Positions 35,659 through 49,171 of a DNA stretch of 64,000 bases are shown in pieces. This DNA is from Wolbachia sp. Lineage in GTDB: Bacteria > Pseudomonadota > Alphaproteobacteria > Rickettsiales > Anaplasmataceae. The position numbers were made by a program, and so were the translations under genes. Under the pieces are notes generated by a model. The model was not told the origin of the DNA. It did not search any database and saw only the letters and a program-made list of their open reading frames with translations. How positions within the stretch are numbered: the first letter of the stretch is position 1; each line of letters opens with the position of its first letter. The DNA is taken from contig JBPETD010000001.1 of NCBI GenBank assembly GCA_051710285.1, forward strand, positions 29,529-93,528, written 5' to 3'.

Positions 35659-36966
35659 ATGAATTATATTATAATTGTTGGTCTACAGTGGGGCGATGAA
35701 GGAAAAGGTAAAATAGTAGATTATCTTTCTGAGAACGTAGACGTAGTCGTAAGATTTCAGGGAGGAAATAATGCAGGGCATACTATAGTAATAGATGATG
35801 AAGTTTATAAATTAAATTTGCTACCTTCCGCTGTTTTAAGGGCGGGCAAAATATCTGTTATAGGAAATGGCGTTGCTCTTGATTCACATGCTCTAATCTC
35901 GGAAATAGAGTCATTAAAAACTAGAGAAATATATATCAACCCTGGTAATTTGATTGTCTCTGAAAGCTGCTCATTGATACTTAATGTACATAAGGACAAG
36001 GAAAAATTATTTGAAGATTTAAACTGGAACCACAAAATTGGCACAACAAACAAAGGAATAGGGCCGTGTTACGAAGATAAAGTTGGAAGAAGAGCTATAC
36101 GCCTTTGTGACTTAGAAAACACAGATGAGCTCAATAATAAAGTGGATGCTCTTCTGAATTATCATAATGCTATCAGAAAAGGCCTAAACTTTCAGGTAGT
36201 AAAAAAAGAAGAAATGTTAAAGGAAATTGAAGAGATTGCAAAAAAAATTCTTCCGTACAAAAAGCCAGTATGGAAAATATTAAACGATCTTGCAAGAGAA
36301 GGTAAGAAAATAATATTTGAGGGCGCTCAAGGCACATTTTTAGATATCGACCATGGAACATACCCTTTCGTTACTTCAAGCAATACCGTAGCATCACAAG
36401 CAATAACAGGTTCTGGATTGTTTTTCAATGCCTATGTTATCGGTGTAGCAAAAGCTTATACAACAAGAGTAGGCAACGGTCCATTCCCTACTGAGCAGAA
36501 AAATGAAGTGGGAGATAGCTTATTTGCTATAGGCAAGGAGCTTGGAACAGTGAGTAATAGAAGAAGACGCTGCGGTTGGTTTGATGCAGTTTTAGTGCGC
36601 CAGGCAGTGCAACTTTCTGGAGTTTCAAGTATTGTATTAACTAAACTAGATATTCTTGATTCTTTTGACACAATTAAAATATGTACTGGTTATAAATGCA
36701 GTGGAAGAATATATAATTATCTGCCTGCATCACATTCGATACAAGGAAAATTGAAGCCAATATATAAGGAGTTTCCTGGTTGGAAAGAAAACACTCAAGG
36801 CAAAAGGTCTGTTGATGAGTTGCCTACAAATTTGATGGGATATGTGAGAAAAATAGAAGAATTAATAGGTGTGCCAATTTATCTAATTTCAACCAGTCCA
36901 AATAGGGAGGACATTATAGAACTTAAAGATTTTAAGTTTTCTGAAAGAATTTTTGCATCTTATTAA
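35659..36966 (+). CDS. purA: Adenylosuccinate synthetase
   Basis: GLQWGDEGKGK, QGGNNAGHT, FEGAQG, RRCGWFD, TKLD. Confidence 0.98.
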   Translation: MNYIIIVGLQWGDEGKGKIVDYLSENVDVVVRFQGGNNAGHTIVIDDEVYKLNLLPSAVLRAGKISVIGNGVALDSHALISEIESLKTREIYINPGNLIVSESCSLILNVHKDKEKLFEDLNWNHKIGTTNKGIGPCYEDKVGRRAIRLCDLENTDELNNKVDALLNYHNAIRKGLNFQVVKKEEMLKEIEEIAKKILPYKKPVWKILNDLAREGKKIIFEGAQGTFLDIDHGTYPFVTSSNTVASQAITGSGLFFNAYVIGVAKAYTTRVGNGPFPTEQKNEVGDSLFAIGKELGTVSNRRRRCGWFDAVLVRQAVQLSGVSSIVLTKLDILDSFDTIKICTGYKCSGRIYNYLPASHSIQGKLKPIYKEFPGWKENTQGKRSVDELPTNLMGYVRKIEELIGVPIYLISTSPNREDIIELKDFKFSERIFASY

Positions 36967-37223
36967 CTGTTATCCAATAAAACGCTTATTTAGAGAAGCA
37001 CTTGCGGGGCTTTAAACATTAACCTATTATGCAAAACATCATTTTATAATGATGTATGATGAAGGTAAATTCATTGTATGACGAAAGCAAAAGTCGAGTC
37101 AAGTATAATGCTTGCAGTTATTTTCAACATTTCATTGTCAAGATTTGTGTAGAGGAAGTTGTTAGCTTTAAATTTTTTTTAAGAATATTTTAATTAAAAT
37201 AGTGTTAATGTAGTGGAGGTGAT

Positions 37224-38890
37224 ATGTTTGATGCAATTAAAGGTTATTTTGTAAGTTTTTAAAAGAGAAAGCAAAAGATTATCTTGTGAGTCTTTTTAAA
37301 GGAAGTAGAGCGAAGCATAAAGAGGAAAAAGTTTTTCTTGCAATAAATGGATTGTGTAGTTTATATCGCAAGGTGTTTCATTTAAAGAATAGCGAGAAGG
37401 TAAAGAACTTCACAGTTGATAGAGTACTATTTTTGCTTTAGTCTTTCAAGGATGATATCTCTAATTTAGAGAATGAGAGCCACGCTATGATGAAATTCCT
37501 TTGCCCAATTCCAGAATACGAAGAATTGCATGAAGATTTAAAAGAATTAAGTGATCTTGTCAAAAAGTGTGACTATGTACCTGGTTTCAAAGGCTATAAA
37601 GAATTTTGCACTCTAGTAAGTGAGGTAGCACATGGTTTTAAGCTTCCAAATTTAAAAGGCAAGATAAAATTCTCAGGGCTTTTTAAAGTAAAACCTCATG
37701 GCTGCACGTAAGGCTTATAATGATAGTTAGTTTTATGATGTAATGAATGATAAAGATTTTCAAGACTACGTAAATGAAGCAGTAGGTGAAAAGGATTGAC
37801 CTACTAGTAAGGACTTGAAGAAAGATATAGATAAATGTAGAGCCTTGATAAGGCAAGGGTAGTATATTGCAAGTAGGTCTTTTAGAAAGAAGTAATTTTT
37901 AAGCTTACTGTGAAGAAACTGAAGATGATAATAAGATTATGAATGTAAATCTTATTAATTATGATAAAAGCAAGCCAATTAGAATTAGTGATATTTTACG
38001 GCAAGAGGAGGATGTTGATAAATTGAATATCTATTTGTAGGTGGAAGCGTGAAGTATGCGCTTTTTGCGATAGTAATAATGAGAGACACTATGGATTTGA
38101 AAAGGTGCGTATTATGAGATGACAAGTATCTGGTCTGTAGAAGATGAATTTGGGACACCTTAAATTTATACCATTATTATGGATGTGAGCAATTATGGTA
38201 TAACTAAATGTGATGCAGTGAAGAAATTCTTAGAAACGCAGTGTAATAGAGAAAATGTAATACGAAAAGGAGAGGATGGAAAGCCAAAATGGGACGAGAG
38301 AGACTTCTCTTCATTGCCTAACGTTGTTGCTGGCAGTAGTTCTAAAGTGTAAGAAATGTACTCCTTTGTATATATTTGTTGAACATGCTCCAGAGACACA
38401 ATAAATGCTCTAATACAAAACAGAGCTAATGTTAAAGTGGTAAATAAAAATGGAAGCACCACTTTACATTTGGCTGCTGCTTGGAGCAAGTGGTAGTAAT
38501 GATTTTCATAGTAAATGGAGTGGATCCTTTATTAAAGGATAAAGATGGTAAAAATCTAAGGTACTTACTATTAAAGTATATCGCTGAAGATGATGATATA
38601 ATGAGAATTTTGAAAGCAGCAGAAACAACATAAAAACTAAGCAAAGAAACGGACTTACCTCAAGATGATAAAGATACAACACGTCTTTTAGAAAACATAA
38701 TCTACATCAGCAGCTAAAAAGGGAGTTTTGCCAGCTGTGTAACTACAGCACTTAACACTGCTGTAGCAGCGGCACTTTTGCAACTGGGATGTTGTAAGTT
38801 GAACTGATATCCATAATGATAGAAGTAGCTGCAGTTACAATAGCAGCGCTAGAAGTTGGCGTGGTACCACATACATGCTGTCAAAGCTTT
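37224..38890 (+). pseudogene. Degraded ankyrin-repeat protein with C-terminal hydrophobic helices
   Basis: GGAGG RBS + ATG at 37224; ANK fragments INALIQNRANVKVVNKNGSTTLHLAAA and NGVDPLLKDKDGK; multiple stops. Confidence 0.7.
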
Positions 38891-38918
38891 TATATTACAG
38901 AAAAGTCAACTTTCCTAG

Positions 38919-40023
38919 CTAATTTTTATTAGTCAGCACACTAACTATGAAACAGTCTATGTTACCATCAAAAAGGGAATTTATATTCCCTACTTCATAC
39001 CCGGTTCTTAAATCCTTCACCATTTGATATGGGTGCACAACATATGACCTAATTTGATTACCCCAGCCTATGTCGCATTTCTTGTCGTATTCTTCAGCCA
39101 TTTCTTGTTCTTTTTTTTTTAGCTCAATTTGGTATAAACGTCCTTTAAGCAATCTCAATGCCTCATGCTTGTTTTGATGCTGGGAACGGCTATTTTGACA
39201 CTGAATTATGACACCAGTTGGAATGTGCGTAATGCGCACTGCACTCTCAGTTTTGTTTACATGCTGGCCGCCCGCCCCTGAAGCGCGGTAGGTGTCGATC
39301 TTTAGATCTTTCTCATCCACGGCAATATCAATTGAATTTTCTATCACCGGCGTCACCTCTACGCTTGCAAAACTGGTATGACGTTTGCTGTTTGCATCAA
39401 ATGGTGATATTCTAACAAGCCTGTGAATGCCACTTTCGCTTTTTGCCCATCCATAAGCTTTTTCTCCAACGATTTTTATTGTTGCAGATTTTATGCCAAC
39501 AGATTCTCCTTCCAATTTTTCCATAACTTCAACTTTAAAATTGTGATAAATCTCTGCCCACCTCATATACATACGCATGAGCATTTCAGCCCAATTATTG
39601 CTCTCTGTTCCTCCAGCTCCTGAGTGAATTTCCAAGAAGCAGTCATTATTATCTGCTTCGCCAGTAAATAAGGATTCTGTTTCCTTGAGCTTGATTAACT
39701 TCTCTAGCTTCACTAATTCATTTTTAACTTCAGAAAAAAATTCCTCATCATTTTCATCAATAGCAAATTTCATTAGGTCGATAGCATAGTTGTAATCACT
39801 TTCTAACTTTGAAAATGACTCCACATCATTTTTGATTTTAGAATGTTCTTTTAAAATTTCTTGCGCTTTTTGGTTATCCAGCCACAAATCATCATCCGCT
39901 GCCTGAAATTCCAATTCTGCAAGACGTAATTTCAATTTTTCTATGTCAAAGACACCTCCTAATAACAGAAATACTCTTATCTAAGCTCTGAAAGTGTTCA
40001 AAAATTTCTAAATAGGCTTTCAT
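38919..40023 (-). CDS. prfB: Peptide chain release factor 2 with programmed +1 frameshift
   Basis: SPF and GGQ motifs; upstream ATG 40023 frame runs to AGG AGG TGT CTT TGA C, then continues in +1. Confidence 0.97.
39945..39960 (-). promoter_or_regulatory. RF2 autoregulatory frameshift cassette (internal SD AGGAGG + CTT TGA C)
   Basis: Plus strand GTCAAAGACACCTCCT = minus AGGAGGTGTCTTTGAC. Confidence 0.95.
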
Positions 40024-40177
40024 CATGCTTTAGATTTTAATATATTTATTATCAACAGCAATAACAGTACACAAAACAGAAATTTAATCATATAGTAGTT
40101 AATTTAAAACAATCTTATTATACTCTAATGTTTAAAGTGATCAAGTACGTATATGTATTAAGAAGTAAGGTGAAGAT

Positions 40178-41548
40178 ATGAATATTGAGATAAATTTTCA
40201 CTATGGTTTAGATAATAAGGCTATTGATGATCTAATCGAGTCACTTGATAACGAGAAGCTAGAAAGCGTTCGCGATATCGTAAAAACAATAGATAGCATT
40301 CAGTTAGCCTACTTTTTATCTACTTCAATCAGTGATCAGAGGGAAAAATTAATTAGTATACTAGATCAACATTTGTTGAGTAATGTCCTAGTGCATGTAG
40401 TACCAGATTTACAAGAGGAAATCATAGAAATATTAGGGATAGAAAACACGGCAAAGTTACTCACGCTACTTGATATAGAAGACATAGTAACCATAGTGAA
40501 AGATTTGGATAGAATGTCTATAGAAAACATACTTCACTACTTGCCCGACACAACTCAAAAGTTAGTAGAGGAGTTGTTATCATATCCAGAAGAAAGTGCT
40601 GGAAGGTTGATACATAAAAACATGGTTATAGCTCCATATTATTGGACAATAAATCAGTTAACAGAATTCTTGCGCAACTATAGAAAAATACCAGAAACAT
40701 TTCATCAGATTTTTGTTATCAACTCAAAATTAGAACCTATAGGTAGTGTTAACCTAAATAAAGTAATATCTCACTCAGGAGAAACAACAATAAAAGAAAT
40801 AATGAGTCAAGACATAAAAATCATTAAAACTGGCATAGATCAAGAGGAAGTAGCAAGAATATTTAAAGATTACTCTCTATTATCCGCTCCTGTAGTAAAT
40901 AAGCGCGGTAAAATCATAGGTGTGATTTTAATTGAAGATGTAATAAAAGTTGTCGAACAAGAAACAGAAGAAGATGTACTGAAAATAAGTGGTGTGTCGT
41001 CCAAGTCTGACATAAATTCCCCTATACATAAAACAATAATTCAAAGACTACCTTGGTTGTTGTTCAACCTTTTAGCCGCAACGATATGCTCTATAGTAGT
41101 TGGCTTTTTCGACAACGTAATAAAGAGTTTTATAGTACTACCAATAGTTATGCCAATAATTGCGTCGATGAGCGGAAACGCAGGATCTCAAACAGTAACA
41201 CTTACCATAAGAGCAATCGCAACAAAATATTTAACTGAGCAAAATGCAAACAGAATACTGATAAAAGAATTTTTAATAGGTCTGATAAATGGGATAATTC
41301 TATCTACTATTTCACTCGTAGTATTAGCAGTGAGATTTCGCAGCTTCAAAGTGGAGATCATTTTTGTAGCCTCCATGATTATTATGTCGATCATTGCAAC
41401 ATTTATTGGAACTTTCATTCCTATAATGCTCCATCGTTTAAAATCCGACCCTGCAGTTTCATCATCAATTCTAACATCAGCAACAACCGATATTCTTTCA
41501 GCTTTTATATTTCTTGGTTTAGCTACGCTCTTTCTGTTAAATAGCTAA
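40178..41548 (+). CDS. mgtE: Magnesium transporter MgtE
   Basis: YPEESAG, CBS pair, RLPWL, SGNAGSQ, DPAVSS, TTD. Confidence 0.96.
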   Translation: MNIEINFHYGLDNKAIDDLIESLDNEKLESVRDIVKTIDSIQLAYFLSTSISDQREKLISILDQHLLSNVLVHVVPDLQEEIIEILGIENTAKLLTLLDIEDIVTIVKDLDRMSIENILHYLPDTTQKLVEELLSYPEESAGRLIHKNMVIAPYYWTINQLTEFLRNYRKIPETFHQIFVINSKLEPIGSVNLNKVISHSGETTIKEIMSQDIKIIKTGIDQEEVARIFKDYSLLSAPVVNKRGKIIGVILIEDVIKVVEQETEEDVLKISGVSSKSDINSPIHKTIIQRLPWLLFNLLAATICSIVVGFFDNVIKSFIVLPIVMPIIASMSGNAGSQTVTLTIRAIATKYLTEQNANRILIKEFLIGLINGIILSTISLVVLAVRFRSFKVEIIFVASMIIMSIIATFIGTFIPIMLHRLKSDPAVSSSILTSATTDILSAFIFLGLATLFLLNS

Positions 41549-42543
41549 GTCTTTCTAAAACAGACCATGTGCACGGCGTCAACTATATCTTCTACTTGTG
41601 GTAATGCTTTTTTCTCCAGGTTTGCAGCATAGGGTAAAGGAACATCCTTGCCTGTTACGCGTACAACTGGAGCATCAAGATAGTCAAATCCATGCTCCAT
41701 AACCGCAGCAGAAAGCTCTGCGCCGATTCCTGCAAATGGCCAACCCTCTTCTACGCTGACCAATCTATTAGTTTTCTTGATAGAATTAATGATAGTTTCA
41801 GTATTAAGTGGCCTTAAGGTTCTCAGATCAATAACTTCAGCTTCTATACCTTTACTAGAGAGTAAATCTGCTGCATTTAAAGCGTACATTAATTGCAGTG
41901 AGAAAGCAGTGATAGTTACATCTTTTCCTTCACGTATAACAGCAGCTTTGCCTATTTCAAGTAAATAGTCTTTATTCGATAGCTCAGAGTCAGGAACTTC
42001 GTGCTCATGTCCATAAGCGATCTCGTTTTCTAAAAATATCACTGGGTCTGGATTACGAATTGCAGCTTTAAGTAGCCCCCTGCAATCGGAGGCAAAATAA
42101 GGTGCTATTACTTTTAATCCCGGTACATGCGAATACCAAGATGCAAAGCATTGAGAATGTTGTGCGGCAACTCTCGCTGCAGCACCGTTTGGTCCACGAA
42201 ATACTATAGGGCATCCAAGTTGTCCACCTGACATATAATTTGTTTTTGCTGCGGAATTCACAATTTGATCAATAGCCTGCATAGAAAAATTAAATGTCAT
42301 AAACTCAACAATTGGTCTAAGTCCAGCAAACGCTGCTCCAACAGCAAGACCAGTAAATCCATGTTCGGTAATAGGTGTATCAATTACCCTACCCCCTCCA
42401 AACTCCTTTAGCAATCCTTTCGTTACTTTATAAGCACCTTCATATTCTGCGACTTCTTCCCCAATGATAAACACATCAAGGTCGTTTTGCATTTCTTCTC
42501 TGATTGCTGTGCATAAAGCTTCTCTCACGCTTAAAATTGCCAT
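41545..42543 (-). CDS. pdhB: Pyruvate dehydrogenase E1 beta subunit
   Basis: [40 protein letters not shown]. Confidence 0.97.
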   Translation of the reverse strand: MAILSVREALCTAIREEMQNDLDVFIIGEEVAEYEGAYKVTKGLLKEFGGGRVIDTPITEHGFTGLAVGAAFAGLRPIVEFMTFNFSMQAIDQIVNSAAKTNYMSGGQLGCPIVFRGPNGAAARVAAQHSQCFASWYSHVPGLKVIAPYFASDCRGLLKAAIRNPDPVIFLENEIAYGHEHEVPDSELSNKDYLLEIGKAAVIREGKDVTITAFSLQLMYALNAADLLSSKGIEAEVIDLRTLRPLNTETIINSIKKTNRLVSVEEGWPFAGIGAELSAAVMEHGFDYLDAPVVRVTGKDVPLPYAANLEKKALPQVEDIVDAVHMVCFRKT

Positions 42544-42619
42544 TTATAAACTTTTATAAATTAACTAAAATAATTATATCAGAGTTATCAGGCGCTAGTA
42601 AAGCAATATGTTACATAGA

Positions 42620-43790
42620 GCAAAACTTTTGCTCTATGGAACATACATCACATCGCTCTTTCACTATTGTTTGTTCTTTCGTTGACAACTTTTCAGCATG
42701 GTTCGATTTAGATTTATTTAACATCTCACTATATACTGCATTATAGTAACGTAATATTTCAAAATATCTTTGTGATATTATAAAACTATCCGCTCCTTTT
42801 GTTTCGATCCTTTGAAGGAATTGTTCATTGTTTCCTTATATACTGTATTACTTATCTGATTTGTACCCTTATCATATAAACATACTCGGATATTATTTCT
42901 GCGCTATTGGCAATAACATTTTGTAATATCTTAACTGCATTATATAAATTTTCCTGTGCTGGCTTATAATGGCTACTATTAATATCAATTTTAGTAATTT
43001 GACCATTTTACCTTTATTATTCCAAAACATTGTCCAGATTTTCCACCAAATAGCGAAGAATGGTAATATTCATATTCAATTTTTACCAAAATTACTATAT
43101 GGAATTATGTGCTCATGAGTAACTAACTTTCCGTCAATGGTAAGACAATATGCTATTTTATCAGCTTTTCCTTTACTTGATTTATCTCTTGTATCATACA
43201 AAGTACCACATTGATTAAATGATCTGCATTCACCTTTTTGTTGTGTTTTGTAATTTTTGTGTTTCTCTTACCCTTTTGGGGAAAACGTTTTGTCAATATT
43301 TCTGCACTATCTTGCGTAAGATAGCTTTTTATCCTTCGTTTCAACTTCGTAGTAATAAATTTTCGGATTTGGTATTGTAAGAAGCGTTTTGCTTTCATGA
43401 TCAAAAAAGCTTATTGCCTAAGTATATATTAATTTATTGTTCACTCGGTACTTTATTACGGTTAGACTCTGAATCTAAAACCGATTTACCAAACTCACTC
43501 ACTGCATAACGCAATTTTTCTAGAGCTTTTGCTTTTCTTTGCTCTGATTCTAGATCTATTATTAACTTTTTAGTAACAAGATATTTATCTTGCAACTCTG
43601 AGCTTTCATAGCTCTTGTTAAGGTCAAAAGATCCGCTTTTGCAATCTTTCCATATAAATTTTAGGATTATAGGAAACTCTATTAGCAGCTTTTTGACAAA
43701 GCTTCAATAGAGTAAGTATAATTTGCAACCTTTTTTAATAGTTTATTGCCTACATTATTGATTGAATGTAAATCACGTTTTATTTTTGAT
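42620..43790 (-). pseudogene. Degraded hypothetical gene(s)
   Basis: Minus-strand K-rich coding-like fragments (e.g. 43153-43404) with many stops. Confidence 0.45.
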
Positions 43791-43879
43791 TTCTCTGGAA
43801 TATATTTTTACCTCTACTAATACTATTATTAATTATAGAAATATATTTATTAATCAAGCATAAGTGTTAAAATAACAAA

Positions 43880-44682
43880 GCTTAACATTGGTTTTAGTTC
43901 AGTAGGGAAGAAAACTGAGATAAGCTGGACAACTTTTCTAAACCTTACCAATACCATGTTGCACCAAGCCTTCAATAGCTACTCCTTTCAATTAGTTGGT
44001 AGGCTTTGATATCATGTATGTAATGCTGCCGGCTATTAATGCAAATATCGCGAAAATTACAATCATTGGCAGAACAGATAAAATAGAAATAATACTAAGT
44101 ACTACTAACATGGCTGTAAGATTTACAGAAGAAGTTTTTAAGAAACACGGTCGTCTTTTTTTCTACCTTTTCTAATGAAAATTCACTTGTTTGAGAATAC
44201 TGACTTTTTGTTTCTTTTAGTACATTTTCACCCAAGTCTTTTACTCTTAATTTTTCTTGCAAAAGTTTTATTATCTTGCTGTTATGTCTGCTCTCAGCAT
44301 AAAATAAAAGAGTACGTCAATTGTAATCTTGTGCTTCAAGGTTTGCTTCGTTTTCTAATAAATACTTTATTGACTTTGCACTATTGCGGCAGCAGCGACG
44401 TGCAAGTGGTAAATCCACTTTGATCTGTCATTTTAATATCCATTCGCTTTTTGCTAGATGCTTTACCACATCACGTAAAAGAGTAAAATGGCCATCCTTA
44501 CAACGTACTTTAGCTAATTTGTTTTCTATTGAATGTTTTATTGCCTTTTTGTAATTGCGTTTAACAGCGGAAGTAGGTTCATTTTGTGTTTGATTACATA
44601 ACTTGTTAATTTTGGTTGATTTTTGTTTTTGAGCATTATTGCTGCTTTTATTCCATGCTTGTACTCTCGGTTTTACTATCAT
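43880..44682 (-). pseudogene. Degraded membrane-anchored hypothetical gene
   Basis: RBS+ATG at 44682, fragment 44428-44682, hydrophobic C-terminal fragments near 44020-44130. Confidence 0.5.
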
Positions 44683-44759
44683 TAATTTCCTTTAATCTTA
44701 TTACTGTATAATTTCATAAAAGGTTAAATTTGTTTGTATTCTGTATCTAGCTTACAGCT

Positions 44760-45971
44760 AACGAAGCCCGCTTACATTACCAAACTCTAAGATGAAGCTA
44801 AGATTACTCTAAGTTAAACTTCACAAGCCTCGTTGTTGTCTGGACTTTGAATATTCACCTCTTTCAATTCAGTTGCAATCATTGATAGAACAAACAACTC
44901 TCTGAAGCAATACTAAGGTAGGCAATTTTGATAACGTTGGCTTTTTCTACTTTTTCAATGACACTTCACTTGTTGAGAATGCTATTTTTTCTAATTCGCT
45001 ATTAAGCTTTGCATTTTCACTTATAAGATTTTTATTTCTTGTTCCAGCAACTTATTCTCTTCATGTAGCTTATTAAATGCTTCCTACTTAGTCTCATTTT
45101 CAGCTAAGAAATTATTTAATCTTTCTAGATCCTTTTGCGCTTTTTCCAATTTACGCTCAACCTCTTTCAATTTTTTATCTGATTTTTCTAATTCTTGGAT
45201 TTAACTATCTTTTAACTGAATTTGAGATCGCAGCGTACTTTCTAGAGTCTTATTATTAACATTTTCCTCAACACGATTTGCCACATTAAGATTCATTTCA
45301 AAATGGAAGAGATATAGATGTATTCTGTTCTGACTCTAAACCACTGTCATCACTAACGCTTTCATCACTATGCATAGAATCGCATCGTTCCATATGAGGA
45401 TCTATAACATTTGCAGGTCAGAAGTTATATTATCTCCGTTCAGAGCTAGGCTTACCTAAATTTTATGATCATTTTTAGATAGATGATAGTGACCTCCTCC
45501 ATCAATCTTTATATTAAGATCTTTTGCTTTCTTCGGCAAATAATTTTCTACTGTCTCCAATATTTCTATTATGGTATTCTCGTTTGACATATCACTAATC
45601 ATATCTTTTGGAGTCTTATTTTTACTTTCTAATGAAGGATTCACTCGGCCATCTTTTTTAGATCCATCTTTCATTCGAGTGTTAACATTTACTTTTTTTT
45701 TGATAGAAATTCATTATCGACAGATTATCGCATGCCACAGCAAGATGCAACAATGTGTAATCTACAGGTTCATTTGAAGTTTTATACTGAATAGATGATC
45801 TTTCCAGATGTGTTTTAAAACTTGTTATATTACCCGCAATCTTCTTCAAGTAACTTCTTTCTACCTCGTATAATTCATCTCTTATTTTTCAAGCAGGATT
45901 ATCCTCATTTAGATCTTTACTCTTACTGACTTTTGTATTATTTCGAACAGCGTTTTCTTTTCTACTGACAT
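44760..45971 (-). pseudogene. Degraded coiled-coil protein with an ankyrin-like segment
   Basis: RBS+ATG at 45971; ANK-like VNPSLESKNKTPKDMI; heptad-like E/K/L fragments at 45000-45270. Confidence 0.55.
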
Positions 45972-46134
45972 AACCCTTTCCTTTTAGTTTATTTATTATT
46001 TCCGTATAGTTTCATAAAAGGGTTAAATTTATTGAAATTCTATATTTTATTTAAAATTAGTCATAAACACTTTCCTGTATTTTCCTATTTAAGTAAATAC
46101 AAGCTGACACACAAAAAAGAATGGTCCAATCGTA

Positions 46135-46335
46135 ATTGACACTTGCATCCAGGATGCTACTTTAATCTTAAATATTTAAGAAATTTACCAAGTAAAAGAT
46201 AAAAGCCACGACAACATCTATTTTAGGAACTTAGCATCAATGCTCTATACGCTTAACAAGCAGCTAACCTTGGAGTTAGAAACAACCCAGATCCATAATA
46301 AGTGGACTGACGAAGGGGTTTTCAAGTAATTTTTT
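46135..46335 (+). repeat. WPE arm remnant + family B subtype 3 element
   Basis: TTGACACTTGCATCCAGGATGCTACTTT..TTAAGAAATTTACCAAG.. mirrors 20962-21152. Confidence 0.82.
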
Positions 46336-46384
46336 GATTCGTTTCCTTTTCAAAACATTGGCATGACTGTAGCTATAAAAGCTT

Positions 46385-47063
46385 TTATAACAGCTTGTTC
46401 TCCTTAAAACTAAAATAGCTGTCGAATGTGATAATAATGTGGATCTATTAATTCTATTCTTACACTTTTGGCCAGCCTCTGCTAGTTGCCTAATGAGTGA
46501 CATATCGCTACTTGAAGGCTGTGCATCTCCGTTTGGGTGGTTATGAGATATTGCAATAGACGTTGAGACCATTAAAAGAGCGTGTTTTATAATTTTTCTA
46601 ACATAAAGAGGAGTTTGATTTATTGTACCAACACTTTACAGGTCTTTTGTTATTATACGATACTTTTTATCCATGTAAATGACACAAAAATTTTCCTTAT
46701 TGAGGCTTCCTATACTTATTTTAAGTAATCAAGCAATTTCCCCAATTATTGATAATGAGCAGGTCCTTTATTTCTTCTCTTGTGGAACGAATAAAGGCTT
46801 GTTTTACACAAAAATAGTAGATATAGCTGCATTGTGACTTTATAATGTTTTAATTACTATGCTTCTAAATCAGCGTTCAAAACTTTATTTAAACTACAAA
46901 AATTTTCTATCAAACTCTTTGCTACTAGCTTTACATCAATTCTACTGTATGCTGAGTATAAAATATGCTCTAAAACCTCATAGTTGAGCAGTGATTGTCC
47001 ATTATCCAGAATAATTTTCTCTCTTAAGCGCTTTTATGCTATTTTTATAATCTTTTATCATCA
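46385..47063 (-). pseudogene. radC: RadC/JAB-domain protein pseudogene
   Basis: KRLREKI, YEVLEHIL, GTINQTPLYVRKII, SHNHPNGDAQPSSSD (HxH..S..D JAB motif); several frameshifts. Confidence 0.88.
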
Positions 47064-47225
47064 ATAAATTGCTCGCTGTGTACTTCCTATAATAAGGAAT
47101 TAGGATCTTAAAGGAAAATATTTAATAAATCTCTGTTATTTCAGCACATAGTGCTCGTTACTTGAATAGATCTCTTGACTTATGCACTTTATGCTCCTAA
47201 AATTCTTATTTTCAGCCCCATTACA

Positions 47226-47546
47226 ATGTCAGTAACGATACTCAGTGCACTCCAAATAATATTAGTTGTCATTCTAGTAATTTTAGTGCTTTTACAGCAA
47301 CCTGGAAGTAGTCCGCTGAGTGGCTTTAGCAATTCACAGCATGGGCTCAATTCGATGATCCAGGTGAAATCTTCTGCAAATCCGCTTAGTAAAACAACGG
47401 CTATAGTAGCCGTATTATTTATTATAAACACATTGTTATTATCAGGATTATGTTCAAAAGATGTGTATAAGAAGTCAATTGCAGAAAAGATTATACTGGA
47501 AAAAAAACAAGAAAATGAATCTGCTTCTGTTCCTTTTGAAAATTGA
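47226..47546 (+). CDS. secG: Preprotein translocase subunit SecG (likely start ATG 47226)
   Basis: Two TM helices, LVLLQ, NPLSKTT; upstream of pyrG. Confidence 0.88.
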   Translation: MSVTILSALQIILVVILVILVLLQQPGSSPLSGFSNSQHGLNSMIQVKSSANPLSKTTAIVAVLFIINTLLLSGLCSKDVYKKSIAEKIILEKKQENESASVPFEN

Positions 47547-49150
47547 TGAAGGAAGCTAAATTTATCTTTGTAACAGGTGGGGTTGTTTCATCGCTTGGTA
47601 AGGGTTTAGTTGCTTCAAGTGTAGGTGCACTTCTTCAAGCTCATGGCTTTGTGGTCCGTATCAGGAAACTTGATCCGTATCTGAATATCGATCCTGGAAC
47701 AATGAACCCAATTCAACACGGAGAGGTATTCGTCACCGAAGATGGTGCAGAAACTGATTTGGACCTTGGGCATTATGAGCGCTTTACTGGAATTAAAGCA
47801 ACAAAAGACGACAATGTAACAACTGGTAAAGTGTATCATGAGTTACTGAAGAAAGAAAGGCGTGGTGATTATCTGGGCAAAACTGTGCAAGTTATTCCTC
47901 ATGTGACAGATTTAATCAAGTCATTTATTTTTAATGGTACGGAAGGTTTAGATTTTGTAATATGTGAAATTGGCGGAACTGTAGGTGATATTGAAAGCCA
48001 ACCTTTTTTGGAAGCCATACGTCAAATCAGCTATAAGCTTGGAAAACAAAGAGTTATCCTTATACACTTGACCTTGGTACCATATATTACTGCAGCACAA
48101 GAATTAAAAACAAAACCAACGCAGCATTCAGTTCGAGAGCTAAATTTTGCAGGATTGCAACCGGATATTATACTGTGTCGTAGCGAGAAAGAAATTTCTG
48201 ATAATCAAAGAAGAAAAATAGCAAATCTTTGTAATGTTTCTTTGACTAATGTAATACCTGCTCCTGATGTGAGCCATATATATGAGCTGCCGGTCTTATA
48301 TAATCAATGTGGACTTGGCACACAAATTTTGGAACATTTTAACTTGAATAAGCCAAAACCAAGTCTAACTGAGTGGGATCAAATAGTGCACTTTATGAGA
48401 CACCTAACACAGGAAGTCACTGTGTCCATAGTAGGAAAATACACTGAATTCCCTGATGCGTATAAATCTCTAGTTGAAGCATTAAATCACGGTGCTATTA
48501 GCAACAAGGTCAAGATAAAAATAAATTGGATTAACTCAAGGGAGAATAGTGAAGAACCTATTAACAAAAAACTCATAGAAGAGAAATTACAGAATTCTCA
48601 TGCAATACTAGTTCCAGGTGGATTTGGCGATGATGGAGTGGAGGGCAAAATATCGGCAATAAGTTATGCTCGAACGCATAATATCCCATTTTTTGGAATA
48701 TGTCTTGGTATGCAGCTTGCAGTTATTGAATTTGCTCGCAATGTCATTAAGCTTGAAGATGTACACTCCGAGGAATTTTGTACCTGTAAGCATCCAATCA
48801 TTAAGCTAGCTGGCAATAAGAACATTGATTTTGGTGGAACTATGAGACTTGGGGCGTATAAATGTAATATAAGCCAAAGTTCTAAAATGGCAGATGCGTA
48901 TAGTGATATTACTACTTCGGAAAGGCATAGACACAGATACGTAATTAACTCAGACTATAAAGATGATCTAGAAAAAAACTGGTTGATATGTAGCGGTGTA
49001 TCAGAAGATGGAACGTGTATAGAGGCAGTGGAGCTGAAAAACCACCCATGGTTTATTGGTGTGCAGTTTCACCCAGAGTTCCAATCAAAACCGTTTTCTC
49101 CTCATCCTCTTTTTGTATCATTTATTAAGGCAGCAGTTAATAAAATCTAA
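47543..49150 (+). CDS. pyrG: CTP synthase
   Basis: [41 protein letters not shown]. Confidence 0.98.
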   Translation: MMKEAKFIFVTGGVVSSLGKGLVASSVGALLQAHGFVVRIRKLDPYLNIDPGTMNPIQHGEVFVTEDGAETDLDLGHYERFTGIKATKDDNVTTGKVYHELLKKERRGDYLGKTVQVIPHVTDLIKSFIFNGTEGLDFVICEIGGTVGDIESQPFLEAIRQISYKLGKQRVILIHLTLVPYITAAQELKTKPTQHSVRELNFAGLQPDIILCRSEKEISDNQRRKIANLCNVSLTNVIPAPDVSHIYELPVLYNQCGLGTQILEHFNLNKPKPSLTEWDQIVHFMRHLTQEVTVSIVGKYTEFPDAYKSLVEALNHGAISNKVKIKINWINSRENSEEPINKKLIEEKLQNSHAILVPGGFGDDGVEGKISAISYARTHNIPFFGICLGMQLAVIEFARNVIKLEDVHSEEFCTCKHPIIKLAGNKNIDFGGTMRLGAYKCNISQSSKMADAYSDITTSERHRHRYVINSDYKDDLEKNWLICSGVSEDGTCIEAVELKNHPWFIGVQFHPEFQSKPFSPHPLFVSFIKAAVNKI

Positions 49151-49171
49151 AAAAAAGATTAACAGAGAAAA

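Noticed and set aside
38919..39935. prfB as a truncated gene or pseudogene
   Set aside because: Explained by the intact programmed frameshift
46276..46572. 98-aa ORF with JAB motif as a functional gene
   Set aside because: Fragment of frameshifted radC that reads through into a family B repeat
47175..47225. Extended secG start at TTG 47175
   Set aside because: ATG 47226 directly precedes TM1 and gives a typical length
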